A stretch of DNA of 64,000 nt from Planctomycetota bacterium. GTDB taxonomy: Bacteria > Planctomycetota > UBA1135 > UBA2386. Under the pieces are notes generated by a model. That model searched no databases and was not told where the DNA came from. It worked only from the letters and a program-made list of their open reading frames with translations. Position 1 is the first letter of the stretch, and every line of letters begins with the position of its first letter. Below, one piece after another: positions 9,700 through 19,900 of this stretch. The position numbers and the translations under genes are program-made. The stretch spans positions 64,001 to 128,000 of the forward strand of contig CANMWZ010000006.1 of NCBI GenBank assembly GCA_947501605.1. Direction: 5' to 3'.

Positions 9700-10647
9700 A
9701 TGAACTGCCTCGCCGGAATCGACGAAGCGGGCCTCGGGCCAATCCTCGGGCCGATGGTCGTCGCCGGCTGTGCGTTCACCGGCCCCGACGGCGCCGATCC
9801 GTGGGCGCTGCTCGAAGAGTACGTCGGCCGCACCCGCCACCAGAAGGACAAGGTCCGCGTCGCCGACAGCAAGAAGGTGCACCAAGGACCGCACGGACTG
9901 CGACGCATCGAGGAGACCGCACTCTGCTTCTGGGCCGTACTGCACGGCGAGGTCCCGACCGACGTCGCCAGCTGGCTGCAGCGGCTCGGTGTCGACCTCG
10001 ACCAACTGGCGAAGTGTCCGTGGTACGAGGGCCTCGCGCAGAAACTGCCTCTGCATGCCGACCGCCAGTGGCTCGAACTGCACGCCGAACTCGTGCGTCG
10101 GTCGATGGCCAGCGTCGGCATCGCCATGCGCACGATCGCCGTTCGCGCAGTCGACGTCGAAGAGTGGAACCTCTTGATCGCCGAGACCGACAACAAGAGC
10201 CGCGCCCACTTCCGCGCCTACGCCAGCGTGCTCGCGCGCCTGCTCGACGCGATGCCCGGTCGCGGTCACCTCGTCGCCGATCGCTGCGGCGGCCGCATGC
10301 ACTATGCGCGCGATCTCAAAGAGCTGCGCCCTGGTGTCGCCGTCGCGACTGTGCACGAAGCAACCGCGAGTTCGAGCTACCGCCTCGGTCGCGAACCTGA
10401 CGTCGTCACGGTCACGTTTGCCGAGAAGGGCGACGACCGCTCGTTCCCAACCGCGCTCGCCAGCTGTTTTGCCAAGTACGTGCGCGAGCTGATGGTGCAC
10501 GTGATGAACGACTGGTTTTGCAGCAAGGTGCCGGGCCTGCAACGCACTGCCGGTTACTACGTCGATGGCCATCGCTTTCTGCAGGACCTCGCGCCACACA
10601 TGAACGCGCTCGACCTTCCGACTCAGCGCCTCGTGCGCGTGCGGTGA
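9700..10647 (+). CDS. rnhB: Ribonuclease HII family
   Basis: AGIDEAGLGPILGPMVV, ADSKK, EKGDD..FPTALASCFAKYVRE, GYY. Confidence 0.85.
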   Translation: MNCLAGIDEAGLGPILGPMVVAGCAFTGPDGADPWALLEEYVGRTRHQKDKVRVADSKKVHQGPHGLRRIEETALCFWAVLHGEVPTDVASWLQRLGVDLDQLAKCPWYEGLAQKLPLHADRQWLELHAELVRRSMASVGIAMRTIAVRAVDVEEWNLLIAETDNKSRAHFRAYASVLARLLDAMPGRGHLVADRCGGRMHYARDLKELRPGVAVATVHEATASSSYRLGREPDVVTVTFAEKGDDRSFPTALASCFAKYVRELMVHVMNDWFCSKVPGLQRTAGYYVDGHRFLQDLAPHMNALDLPTQRLVRVR

Positions 10648-10651
10648 CACG

Positions 10652-12583
10652 ATGACGCCAGTCCTCACCGCCGCGATCGCCGCCGCCTGCGTGCTGCCGC
10701 TGTCGCTGCGACTCCTCGCAGCCCGACGAGTCGTTCTGGCCAATGTGCTCTGGCTCACGGTCGCCATCGTCATTGGCATCGCCGCACGAACGGTCACGCC
10801 CGACGTCCCGCTGGAGCCGACCTCACGTCCCGTCGAGCGGCTCGGCGACGGCTACGTCGGCAGCGGCACGTGCACCAAGTGCCATCCCGGCGAGCATGCA
10901 AGTTGGCAGCAGTCGTTCCATCGCACGATGACACAGAGCGTCTCGCGCCCGGCGCTGCGCGCGATCTTCGACGACCTGCAACTCGACTACTTCGGCGCCC
11001 CGGTGTCGCTGCACTGGCGCGGGTCCGAGCTGTTCGTGCGGTTGTCGCCCGACGCGCGCGGTCGCCGCAACGAACGCAAAGTCGTGCAGCTGACCGGATC
11101 GCACCACGCGCAAGTGCTCTGGTACGAAACCGGCAACCAGCGCGAACTCGGCATCGTGCCGATGGTCTACCGCATCGCAGAACAGCGCTGGCTGCCGTTC
11201 CCCGCCGTGTTCTTGATACCGCCGCAGCTGCGCGAGCCGCCGCTGCCGGGAACGTGGAATGGCAACTGCAACGGGTGCCACACGACCCACAGCATGCCGC
11301 GGCTCGATACCGATCGTGTCGACACCATGGCGGCGGAGTTCGGCATCGCCTGCGAGGCGTGCCATGGCCCGGGCGAGCGCCACACGACCGCGAACGCGAA
11401 CCCGCTACGTCGCTACGGCCTGCACTACGGTGGCAAGTCCAGCGACGACACCGTTGCCCAGCCAACGCGTATGTCGAGCGCGCGCAGCAACGAGGTCTGT
11501 GGGCAGTGCCACTCTGTGTCGATCGTCAAGCAGCAGCACTTCGACACATGGCGCGACCATGGCTCGCCGTTCCGGCCGGGCGAAGAACTGGCGCAGAGCC
11601 AGCTCGTGGTCTCGCCGCAGGACAGGAGTGCGCCCGAGTTGCACCGCAAGCTCGAGCAGGACCCACAGTTCTTTGCGCACACCTTCTGGAACGACGGTCT
11701 GCCGCGCGTGACCGGCCGCGAACTGCACGGCATCCGAGCCTCTCCGTGCTACGTCGGCGGCGAGGGCGAGCGTTCTCTGTCCTGCACCAGCTGCCACCGT
11801 ATGCACCGGGAGCAGGACGACGCCCGCGAACCGAGCGCGTGGGCAAGCTCGCAACTGGGCCAAGGCATGGACGGCAACGCCGCCTGCACGCAGTGCCATC
11901 CGAAGTTCGAGGATGCCACCGCTCTACAAGCGCACACCCACCACGCGCCACGATCTGCCGGCAGCTCGTGCTACGACTGCCACATGCCGCATACGAGCTA
12001 TGGGCTCATGAAGGCGATGCGCAGTCATTCGATCGAGTCGCCGAGCGTTGCCCGCGAACTGCAGACCGGCAGGCCGAACGCATGCAATCTGTGCCATCTC
12101 GATCGCACGCTGCAGTGGACGCAGAACCGACTGCAGGAGTGGTACGGAACCGAACCGAGCCCCCTCGACGAGGACCAGCGCAGCGTTGCCGCGGGGCCGC
12201 GTTGGCTGCTGCAGGGCGACGCCGGCATCCGCGCTCTCGCCGCGTGGAGCTCGGGCTATGAGCCGGCGCGCGCGGCCTCGGGCCACGACTGGCTGCAGCC
12301 GTACCTCGCGCAACTGCTCAGCGATCCCTACTACGCCGTGCGGTTCGTCGCGCGGCGGTCGCTCATGACGCTGCCCAGTGCGCCATCGCTCGCGGGCTAC
12401 GACGAGTTGGCCGAGACCGGGCGCTGCCAGGAAACCACAGCCCGCCTCCAGCTCGAGTTCGCCGCCACCTCGACTCGCAGCGCGCGCACCGAGATCCTGC
12501 TGGACGAAGGCGGGATGCAGTGGGACACCTTCCGCCGCATCCTCGCCCGCCGCGACGACCGCCCCGTGTTCCTCGCCGAATGA
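10652..12583 (+). CDS. Membrane-anchored multiheme (8x CxxCH) c-type cytochrome with helical/HEAT-like C-terminus
   Basis: CTKCH, CNGCH, CEACH, CGQCH, CTSCH, CTQCH, CYDCH, CNLCH; two N-terminal hydrophobic segments. Confidence 0.9.
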   Translation: MTPVLTAAIAAACVLPLSLRLLAARRVVLANVLWLTVAIVIGIAARTVTPDVPLEPTSRPVERLGDGYVGSGTCTKCHPGEHASWQQSFHRTMTQSVSRPALRAIFDDLQLDYFGAPVSLHWRGSELFVRLSPDARGRRNERKVVQLTGSHHAQVLWYETGNQRELGIVPMVYRIAEQRWLPFPAVFLIPPQLREPPLPGTWNGNCNGCHTTHSMPRLDTDRVDTMAAEFGIACEACHGPGERHTTANANPLRRYGLHYGGKSSDDTVAQPTRMSSARSNEVCGQCHSVSIVKQQHFDTWRDHGSPFRPGEELAQSQLVVSPQDRSAPELHRKLEQDPQFFAHTFWNDGLPRVTGRELHGIRASPCYVGGEGERSLSCTSCHRMHREQDDAREPSAWASSQLGQGMDGNAACTQCHPKFEDATALQAHTHHAPRSAGSSCYDCHMPHTSYGLMKAMRSHSIESPSVARELQTGRPNACNLCHLDRTLQWTQNRLQEWYGTEPSPLDEDQRSVAAGPRWLLQGDAGIRALAAWSSGYEPARAASGHDWLQPYLAQLLSDPYYAVRFVARRSLMTLPSAPSLAGYDELAETGRCQETTARLQLEFAATSTRSARTEILLDEGGMQWDTFRRILARRDDRPVFLAE

Positions 12584-12999
12584 ACGGTCTCGACACACCT
12601 TCTAGTTTGCGCACGCGCCACCTGCGGATCGGCTGGTGGGCACTGTTCGTGTTCGCGCTGCTCGGCGTCAGCTTGGAAGCGCTGCACGGCTTCAAGGTCG
12701 CGGCCTATCTCGACGCGAGCAACGAACCGCGGCGGCTCCTGTGGCGACTCGCGCACGCGCACGGCATCGGGCTGTCGCTGGTCCACATCGCGTTCGCGTT
12801 CACTGCGGGCGCGATGCCGAGTCCGCCGCGATGGGCCTCCCCGTGCCTGACCGGGGCACTGCTGGCGATGCCGGCCGGGTTCTTCCTCGGCGGGCTTTTG
12901 CCGGTCGGCGGCGATCCGGGTGCGGGCATCGTGCTCGTGCCGCTCGGGGCCTTGTTGCTGCTGGTCGCGATCGGGGCCACGGCGCGCGGGCTACGCTGA
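12580..12999 (+). CDS. Small 4-TM membrane protein with His motifs (LEALHGFK, LAHAHG)
   Basis: ATGA overlap with the cytochrome stop; four hydrophobic segments. Confidence 0.75.
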   Translation: MNGLDTPSSLRTRHLRIGWWALFVFALLGVSLEALHGFKVAAYLDASNEPRRLLWRLAHAHGIGLSLVHIAFAFTAGAMPSPPRWASPCLTGALLAMPAGFFLGGLLPVGGDPGAGIVLVPLGALLLLVAIGATARGLR

Positions 13000-13047
13000 G
13001 CGCCCAGCGTTCCGATCGCGACAAACAACGGATCAGGCTGACGTCAA

Positions 13048-13878
13048 CTAGCGGCGAGAACGCGCAGCGGCCAAGAAGATAGACCGAACGGCGATCTCGA
13101 ACTCCGCGCGTTGAAGCTTGATTGCGTCCTGCGCGGCAAAGAAGGCTGGGTACCTCGATTGCTCGAGAAACACGAATCGATTGTGAGAGAAGTCCGACCC
13201 CGGCAACTCCCCCGACAGCCACCTGCCATCGGGATTACGTGCCTTGGCCTCCGCCCGGAGTTTCCGTCCGATTCCATCAGGATCCGAGCCATTTGGCTTG
13301 GTCACGAAGTCGCCGTTCTGGATCGCTTCGGCCAGTGCGAGTCGGTCGGCGAGATGAACGTCTCGCTTGGCCGATCGCAGTTTCGCACCATACTCTGCAA
13401 TCAACTCTTCCAGGACTCGGAGGTCTTCTCCTCCGAGTTCGGCACGCGCGGGGTTGTAGTCCTTGTTCTGCCGAAGCTCGTCCACCGAGGGCATTGGCTC
13501 CACAAACGGATCTAACTCAGCAGGCGGCTGCAGCGCGCTTTGAAGGGCTTTGCGAATGGTGTTGATGCCTACATCGCTACCGCTCGGCTGGGCCAGGAAC
13601 GCCATAGCCTGAGCCTCGAGGGTAGGTTCCACCGCAGCTGCGACCCGAACCACCGTCTCAGCGGAACTAGCGCTCTCGCTCGTAGCGGCTGGTTCTGCCT
13701 TCACTGGCGTCGGGCCATCTTCTCCACGAACTGGCAGCGGCGTTGCTTCCTGATGAGCCCTGGGGACAGAGTGTTCTGTCACCGGCACCTCGACCACTGA
13801 GTTCCTGCTGGCAAACCATGCACCGACCAGGACGACCAGGACAACAGAGAGGATCCGTGCCCACTTGTGGCTCACCAT
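13048..13878 (-). CDS. Hypothetical protein with N-terminal membrane anchor
   Basis: 276-aa ORF, ILSVVLVVLVGAWF TM, Pro/Ala/Ser linker, helical domain; starts 3 nt after the stop of the Cys-rich gene. Confidence 0.75.
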   Translation of the reverse strand: MVSHKWARILSVVLVVLVGAWFASRNSVVEVPVTEHSVPRAHQEATPLPVRGEDGPTPVKAEPAATSESASSAETVVRVAAAVEPTLEAQAMAFLAQPSGSDVGINTIRKALQSALQPPAELDPFVEPMPSVDELRQNKDYNPARAELGGEDLRVLEELIAEYGAKLRSAKRDVHLADRLALAEAIQNGDFVTKPNGSDPDGIGRKLRAEAKARNPDGRWLSGELPGSDFSHNRFVFLEQSRYPAFFAAQDAIKLQRAEFEIAVRSIFLAAARSRR

Positions 13879-13881
13879 GAC

Positions 13882-14388
13882 TCAGCCCCCTGCTGGCACG
13901 AAGTTCTGGGGACAGGCACTGCAGGTACCGCTCGGGGCAGCGATGATCTGGACCGGTTGGTTGCCGTAGTAGCGTCGGAAGACCCAACTGTCCTGCTTGC
14001 CGCACACAACTGGATAGTCGGTGACGGAACTCGGATTGGCGAAGAGGAACGACTCAGCAGTGCAGGCTGGTGATCCGACAGGATGCCCGGCCGCGTCCAC
14101 GTGCTGAGTGCAGTAAGACTGGCTGTAGAGAACGCCGCATCCGTGATCCACGATCTGGATTGTGACGGAGAAGAGGCAGTTCGCACGAGCGACGCACTTC
14201 GGGGGAGGGTTCAGCTTGCACTCCCCGGAAAGGGAACCACCCCAAGTGACGATGACCGTAGTGCACGCATCGTTGACCGGGCTACCGTCGTCCACGACCG
14301 GGTTGCACACGGCGCACACTTGCGCAAACGCAAGGTTGCCGACCAGAACCAAACAGGCGAAGGCCTTTCGCAGAAGTTCGAGCTTCAT
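13882..14388 (-). CDS. Secreted cysteine-rich small protein (168 aa, 12 Cys in mature part)
   Basis: MKLELLRKAFACLVLVGNLAFA-Q signal peptide; CAVC near the N-terminus and CSAC near the C-terminus. Confidence 0.75.
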   Translation of the reverse strand: MKLELLRKAFACLVLVGNLAFAQVCAVCNPVVDDGSPVNDACTTVIVTWGGSLSGECKLNPPPKCVARANCLFSVTIQIVDHGCGVLYSQSYCTQHVDAAGHPVGSPACTAESFLFANPSSVTDYPVVCGKQDSWVFRRYYGNQPVQIIAAPSGTCSACPQNFVPAGG

Positions 14389-14402
14389 CGAAGCAATCTC
14401 AT

Positions 14403-14453
14403 GGGCCCTTGCCGGGGGCCCTTGCCGGGGGCCCTTGCCGGGGGCCCTTGCCG
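14403..14453. repeat. 13-bp tandem repeat (GGGCCCTTGCCGG) x ~3.9
   Basis: Read directly: gggcccttgccgg|gggcccttgccgg|gggcccttgccgg|gggcccttgccg. Confidence 0.95.
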
Positions 14454-14625
14454 CGAGGCTGACCCTCAGCCCCGAGATCACTCTCCTACCCCGAACTACC
14501 AATGCAATCAATGCCCAGTCCATGACGCTTTCGGCACTCGCGCCGACCCACGTCTCGATAGCCAGGACGACCCAGTACGGTTCCTGTTGACTGACGCCTC
14601 GCGACCTCGGCGAAGCGACATGCCC

Positions 14626-16635
14626 TCACTTGCCGTCGACGACGATCTGCTGCCCGGGGACCACCGTGACATCGCGCCGCGCGATCGCGCGCCCGCGAAC
14701 GAAGAACACCACCGTCCACGACCCCGACGGCACCGCGGCCTCGCCCGGCAATCCGCGTTCGAGCGGCCCGCGCATCGCCACGTCGTCGCCGCGCACCACC
14801 GCGAACGCATCCGCCAGCGGGTGCATCGGCCGCACCACGCCGCCGCGCGCGAGTTCGACCACGACATCGTCCGTCGATTGTTGTGCCGTCACGACGACGC
14901 CGTGCACAACACCGACGCGCCCGGAACCATCCTGGGCCACGAAGTCCCAAGTGCCCTCCCGCAAGCGGCCGTACTCGAACCGACCATCGAGATCGACGCG
15001 CCCGCCGACCACTTCGCCGCCCGCGCGACGAAAGCCGCGCACGAACGTGTCTGGCTGCACTTCGCCCGAGCCGCTGACGCGTCCACGCAACGATCCGCTT
15101 ACCGATGCGACTTTGACCTCGAGCCCCGTTCGCCCCGCCGGCACGTTGACCGGTTCGCGCATCGCCAAGTCCTGGTCGTAGAGCTCCGTGGTGACCTCGT
15201 AATCGCCCGGCGCGAGGGACTCGATCGTGAACAGGCCGTCGCGATCGGTGACCGCCGAGGCCACCTGCGTGTCGCCCCTCATGGCATGCACTTCGAAGGC
15301 GCTGATCGGACGATTCCCCGGGCCGGTCAGTCGTCCTGAAATCGACAGCGAGCGCTGGACCTTCAGCTCCATGCGGGCGGTCGCGCCAGCCTGAACCTCG
15401 ACGCGAGCGCAGGGCGATACCCAACCCGGCGTCCCCTGCACGGCCAAAGCCCAGGATCCGGGATCGAGTTCCTTCAACTCAAAGCTGCCATCGGGTTCGG
15501 TCAGCACCGCGAGACCATCGACGTTCTCGGCGAGGACATCCAACACCGCATCGCCGTGGACCAGCACTGCCGCGACACGTGCAGAGGGCACCGGAGTCCC
15601 GGCCGCGTCGAGCACACGGCCTACAATGGCACCGAGCGACGTCAGTTGGATGCGATGGGCGTTGGCGCCGGACGCTAGTTCCAACGTCTGCGTCGCCGCC
15701 GCCGCGGTCCCCACTGGGGGCTGTACAGCAATCACCAGCGACACGGCGGCCGGGAGGTCGGCAAACCCACAGGCACCGCGATCGTCGAGCTGCGCGGTCC
15801 ACACTTCGGGCATGCCGCGCGGTGGCGCGTTGGCGGGATACACCAGCGACCACGGCATCGCCGTCACCGTGACCAGGCCATCGGGCAAGGGTTCGCCCGA
15901 GGCATCGACAACGGTGATCGACAAGTCCGCCGCAGTTGCCAATGGCACCTCGATGACGCCGTCTTCGCCAAAGCTCTTGGCGATCGGCACGACACGGCGC
16001 ATGGCGCGACCTTCTTTCTGCACGACCAAGAACTCGTAGTCACCGGCCACATCGATCGCGACCAGGCCCTCCGCATCGGTTACGGACTCGGTTTCCCCGT
16101 ACGGGTAGACGAGCACGTGTGCGCCCTCCAGCGGGGTATTGGCTTCGGCAGCGACCACGCGGCACCAGACTTGGCCACCGGCATCGGCAACGAGTACGGC
16201 GCGCGCCTCGACGACTTCCCCCGCTGTGGCAGTGACACGTTGGCGCAGCACGTTGCCGGCACGTGCGTCGGCAGGCTTGATCTCGATCCAGTGGCGGCCT
16301 GGCTTCAGTTCGAACTCGGCAATGCCGTTCTCGTCCGAGGTCTTGGGCGCAACCTTGCCGGGTTGAATCACGCAACCCGCGACCGGGACGCCGGCCCCGT
16401 TGCAAACCAACACCCGCACGATGGCGATTCCGGCTGCGGGCTTCGGCCGCGTCGGCCCGACCTCCGTGCGCCGATCGGGGCTCCTGGTCTCCGATTGCCG
16501 CGGCAGTTCCCGCTCTTGCATCTCCGTCTCGATCGGGACCTGCGCCACCACGGCGACTTCCTCGATCGGCCAGAAGAAGTACGCCAGCACAAAGGACGCG
16601 ACAGCCAAGAGCAGCAGCAGCAACGAGGAACGCAC
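14626..16635 (-). CDS. Membrane-anchored protein with multiple carboxypeptidase-regulatory-like repeats
   Basis: LLLLLLAVASFVLAYFFW TM; repeated G.V.DA.G.P(V/L) and TD.DG.F....L.PG.(W/Y) units. GTG start is inferred. Confidence 0.8.
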   Translation of the reverse strand: MRSSLLLLLLAVASFVLAYFFWPIEEVAVVAQVPIETEMQERELPRQSETRSPDRRTEVGPTRPKPAAGIAIVRVLVCNGAGVPVAGCVIQPGKVAPKTSDENGIAEFELKPGRHWIEIKPADARAGNVLRQRVTATAGEVVEARAVLVADAGGQVWCRVVAAEANTPLEGAHVLVYPYGETESVTDAEGLVAIDVAGDYEFLVVQKEGRAMRRVVPIAKSFGEDGVIEVPLATAADLSITVVDASGEPLPDGLVTVTAMPWSLVYPANAPPRGMPEVWTAQLDDRGACGFADLPAAVSLVIAVQPPVGTAAAATQTLELASGANAHRIQLTSLGAIVGRVLDAAGTPVPSARVAAVLVHGDAVLDVLAENVDGLAVLTEPDGSFELKELDPGSWALAVQGTPGWVSPCARVEVQAGATARMELKVQRSLSISGRLTGPGNRPISAFEVHAMRGDTQVASAVTDRDGLFTIESLAPGDYEVTTELYDQDLAMREPVNVPAGRTGLEVKVASVSGSLRGRVSGSGEVQPDTFVRGFRRAGGEVVGGRVDLDGRFEYGRLREGTWDFVAQDGSGRVGVVHGVVVTAQQSTDDVVVELARGGVVRPMHPLADAFAVVRGDDVAMRGPLERGLPGEAAVPSGSWTVVFFVRGRAIARRDVTVVPGQQIVVDGK

Positions 16636-16894
16636 ATGGGGATTGGACCTCACGGAAGGGCAGTTGTCAGCCGGGCACCTTGCCGGACCCCCGATCGGCC
16701 TCGGGCTACCTGGCACCTGGCCGTACCATCGACCCAACGCCGCCGCCACGCCCGGCCAGGGGCGAGACGTTCGCACGATGCAGGTGTACGCGTGCTTCGC
16801 CCCGCTCTCATGCCGACAGCACCGCTCCTGGTCCAAGACCGGAGCACGGCGAGAGCGGGCAAGGACTAGATTCGGAACGGGATCTGGAGGTTCG

Positions 16895-16974
16895 GCAGTG
16901 AGTTCGCGACGCTGGCATCGGGCGTCGGGGCCGATCGCGGCTGCTGGTGCTTTCTGAATCCACTTCTAGACTCC
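16895..16974 (+). repeat. ~80-bp dispersed repeat, copy A, ending in a -10-like TAGACT upstream of valS
   Basis: Aligns to 41461-41538: last 39 nt 33/39 identical, first 27 nt 22/27 identical. Confidence 0.75.
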
Positions 16975-16983
16975 CCCGCCCAG

Positions 16984-19900
16984 ATGACGACCGAGCTGCC
17001 CGCCAAGTACGAACCCGCCACCCTCGAACCCGCGGTGACCTCGCGTTGGCGCGAGCACAAGGCCTTCGCCGCCTTCCCCGACGCACGCGAGCATCGCTAC
17101 GTCGTCATGATGCCGCTGCCCAACGTCACCGGCGCGCTGCACATGGGGCACGCGATGGACAACGTCATGCAGGATCTGCTGATTCGTTGGCATCGCATGC
17201 GCGGCGACAACACGCTGTGGCAAGCGGGCACCGACCACGCCGGCATCGCCACCCAAGCGGTGGTCGAGAAGCGCCTCAAGGAAATCGAAGGCAAGACGCG
17301 CCACGACATCGGTCGCGAGGCTCTCGTCGAGCGCATCTGGGAATGGAAGGAGCAGAGTCAAAAGCGCATCATCGCGCAGCAGCAGGGCATGGGCTGCTCG
17401 TGCGACTGGGACCGCACCCGCTTCACCATGGATGCGGTGTGTGCCCGCGCTGTGCGCCACACGTTCTTCAAGATGTTCCGGGACGGACTCATCTTCCGCG
17501 GCAACCGACTCGTCAACTGGGACTGCGCGCTGCAGACCGCCGTCGCCGACGACGAGCTCTACAAGGAGACCGTTCAGGGCAAGTTCCACTACCTGCGCTA
17601 CCCGTTGCACGAACGCAAGCCCGGCGAGCCCGAGCACGTGATCGTGGCGACGACGCGGCCCGAGACGATGCTCGGCGACACCGCCGTCGCGATTCATCCC
17701 GATCCGGCGATGGCGTTGCGTGCCGCCATCGAGGCGCAGCGGCACAAGGTGCAAGGCGCCGCCGACAAGGAGCGCGCCGTCGCCGAACAGGAGCTCGAAC
17801 GCCTGCTGCAGCGCGAGCAAGAGTTGCTGCCGCATCTCATCCAGATCGCTGCCCTGGCCAAGCAGGGCCGCAAGATCACGCTGCCACTGACCGGCCGCAC
17901 GATCCCGCTGATCACGGACGAATGGGCCGATCCGGCGCTCGGCACCGGCTGCGTCAAGATCACGCCCGCGCACGACCCCAACGACTACCAAGTGTGGCAG
18001 CGGCACCGTTCGATCGGTGCAATCAACGTGCTGAATGGCAACGGCACGATCAGCGCCGAAGGCCCGTATCTCGGCCTCGATCGCTTCGACGCCCGCAAGC
18101 AGATCCTGCGGGACCTGCAGGCGCAGAACCTGGTCGAGAAGATCGAGGACCGCACGATTGAGATCGACCACAGCGACCGCAGCAAGACCATCGTCGAGCC
18201 GTGGCTCAGCAAGCAGTGGTTCGTGCACATGGCCGATGTCGACGGCGGCATCACCATGGGTGCTGGCACGCCAAAGCAGTTTCGCTCGAAGGGGCTCGCA
18301 CAAGCAGCACTCGACGCCGCCGCGGGGGCGCTGCCGGCATTGGCCGACGGCAACGCCCGCATGCAAGTGCGCTTCCATCCCGACCAGGACCGCTATCGCA
18401 AGATGTACGACCAGTGGCTTGCCGAGAAGCGCGACTGGTGCATCAGCCGCCAGCTCTGGTGGGGCCATCGCATTCCGGTGTGGCGCGGCGAGATGCAGAA
18501 GCAGCACCTCTTGATGCTCGAGTCGGTGCTGCAAGGCCAACTGCGGCGCGACGATGTCGCGGCCTGGATCGTGCTGCCCGACGGCTCGCGTCTGTCGGTC
18601 GCCGATGCGCTACTAGCCCTCAAGAGGGAAGGCGCGCCGGCCACCGTCGAAGTGCAGATCTGCTTCCGCGACGACACTGCCGACGCGACGACTGGTGTGG
18701 TGCTGCAAGGTGCCGGACTCGAACTCGATCCCGATGTCCTCGACACCTGGTTCAGTTCGGCATTGTGGCCTCACAGCACGCTGGGCTGGCCTGACCCTCT
18801 GTCCGCCAGGGTCGACCCCGGCCAACCGTCGCTCGGTGCGCGCGGCGACAACCAGAGCGCGCTCGACTACTGGTATCCCGGTTCGTGCCTCGTGACCGGC
18901 CGCGACATCATCACGCTGTGGGTCGCGCGCATGGTGATCACTGGGCTCTACAACCTTGGCGACGTGCCGTTCAGCGACGTCTTCTTGCACGCCACCATCC
19001 TCGATGGCAAGGGCGAGCGGATGAGCAAGAGCAAGGGCAACGGCATCGACCCGCTCGACATCATCAAGCGGTATGGCGCCGACGCACTTCGCTATGTGGT
19101 CTGCGAACTGCAGACCGGCACGCAGGACATTCGCTTGCCGGTGCAAGCGATCTCGCCGTTCACCAAAGACGGCGAGCCAGAGCAACTGATCGACCTCGCG
19201 ACCGCGAAGCCCGGTCCGTACCTTGGCACCTACATCGACCCCGTCACCAAACAGCCGTTCGATCTCGTCGGCCAGTACGGAAAGCAGGGGCTCGCGCCGG
19301 CGAAAGCTGTGAGCGATCGCTTCGCAGTCGGCGCCAACTTCTGCAACAAGCTGTTCAACGCGGCGCGGTTTGCCTTCCTCAACCTCGACGGCGCCTCGTT
19401 CACCGAGCGCCCGCTCGCGTCGCTGCCGCTCGAAGACCGCTGGATCCTGTCGCGCCTGGCGGCCGCCCATGCCAACGTGCACGGAGCCCTGTCGTCGTAC
19501 AACCCGGCTGCAGCGATTGCAGCAGCGCGTGAGTTCTTCTGGGGCGAGCTGTGTGACTGGTACCTCGAACTGGTCAAGCCGCGCTTCCGCGACGAGGCGC
19601 CGGCGGCCGAACGTGCCCTCGCGCAGCAGGTGCTCGCCGCCGTGCTCGACCAGACGCTGCGCATCCTGCACCCGTTCGTGCCGTTCTTGACCGAGACGCT
19701 CTGGCAAAACCTGTGCGACCTCGCGCCCGTCCGGGGTATCGATCGCGAACTCGAAGGGAGCGCGCTGCTGGTGCACGCGCGGTGGCCGGAACACACGGCA
19801 ACGTGGATTTCCGAGGAGGCCGACAGCGACCTCAAGTGCGTGCAGCAATGGTGCGCCGCGATCCGCGAAGCGCGCGCCAGCTACCAAGTCGCACCACGCA

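Noticed and set aside
13000..14625. Mobile element explanation for the atypical islet
   Set aside because: No transposase or integrase, terminal inverted repeats, flanking direct repeats or tRNA target were found.
16640..16983. T-box riboswitch upstream of valS
   Set aside because: No AAGGTGGxACC T-box or terminator/antiterminator is visible, and a -10 box lies immediately before the ATG.
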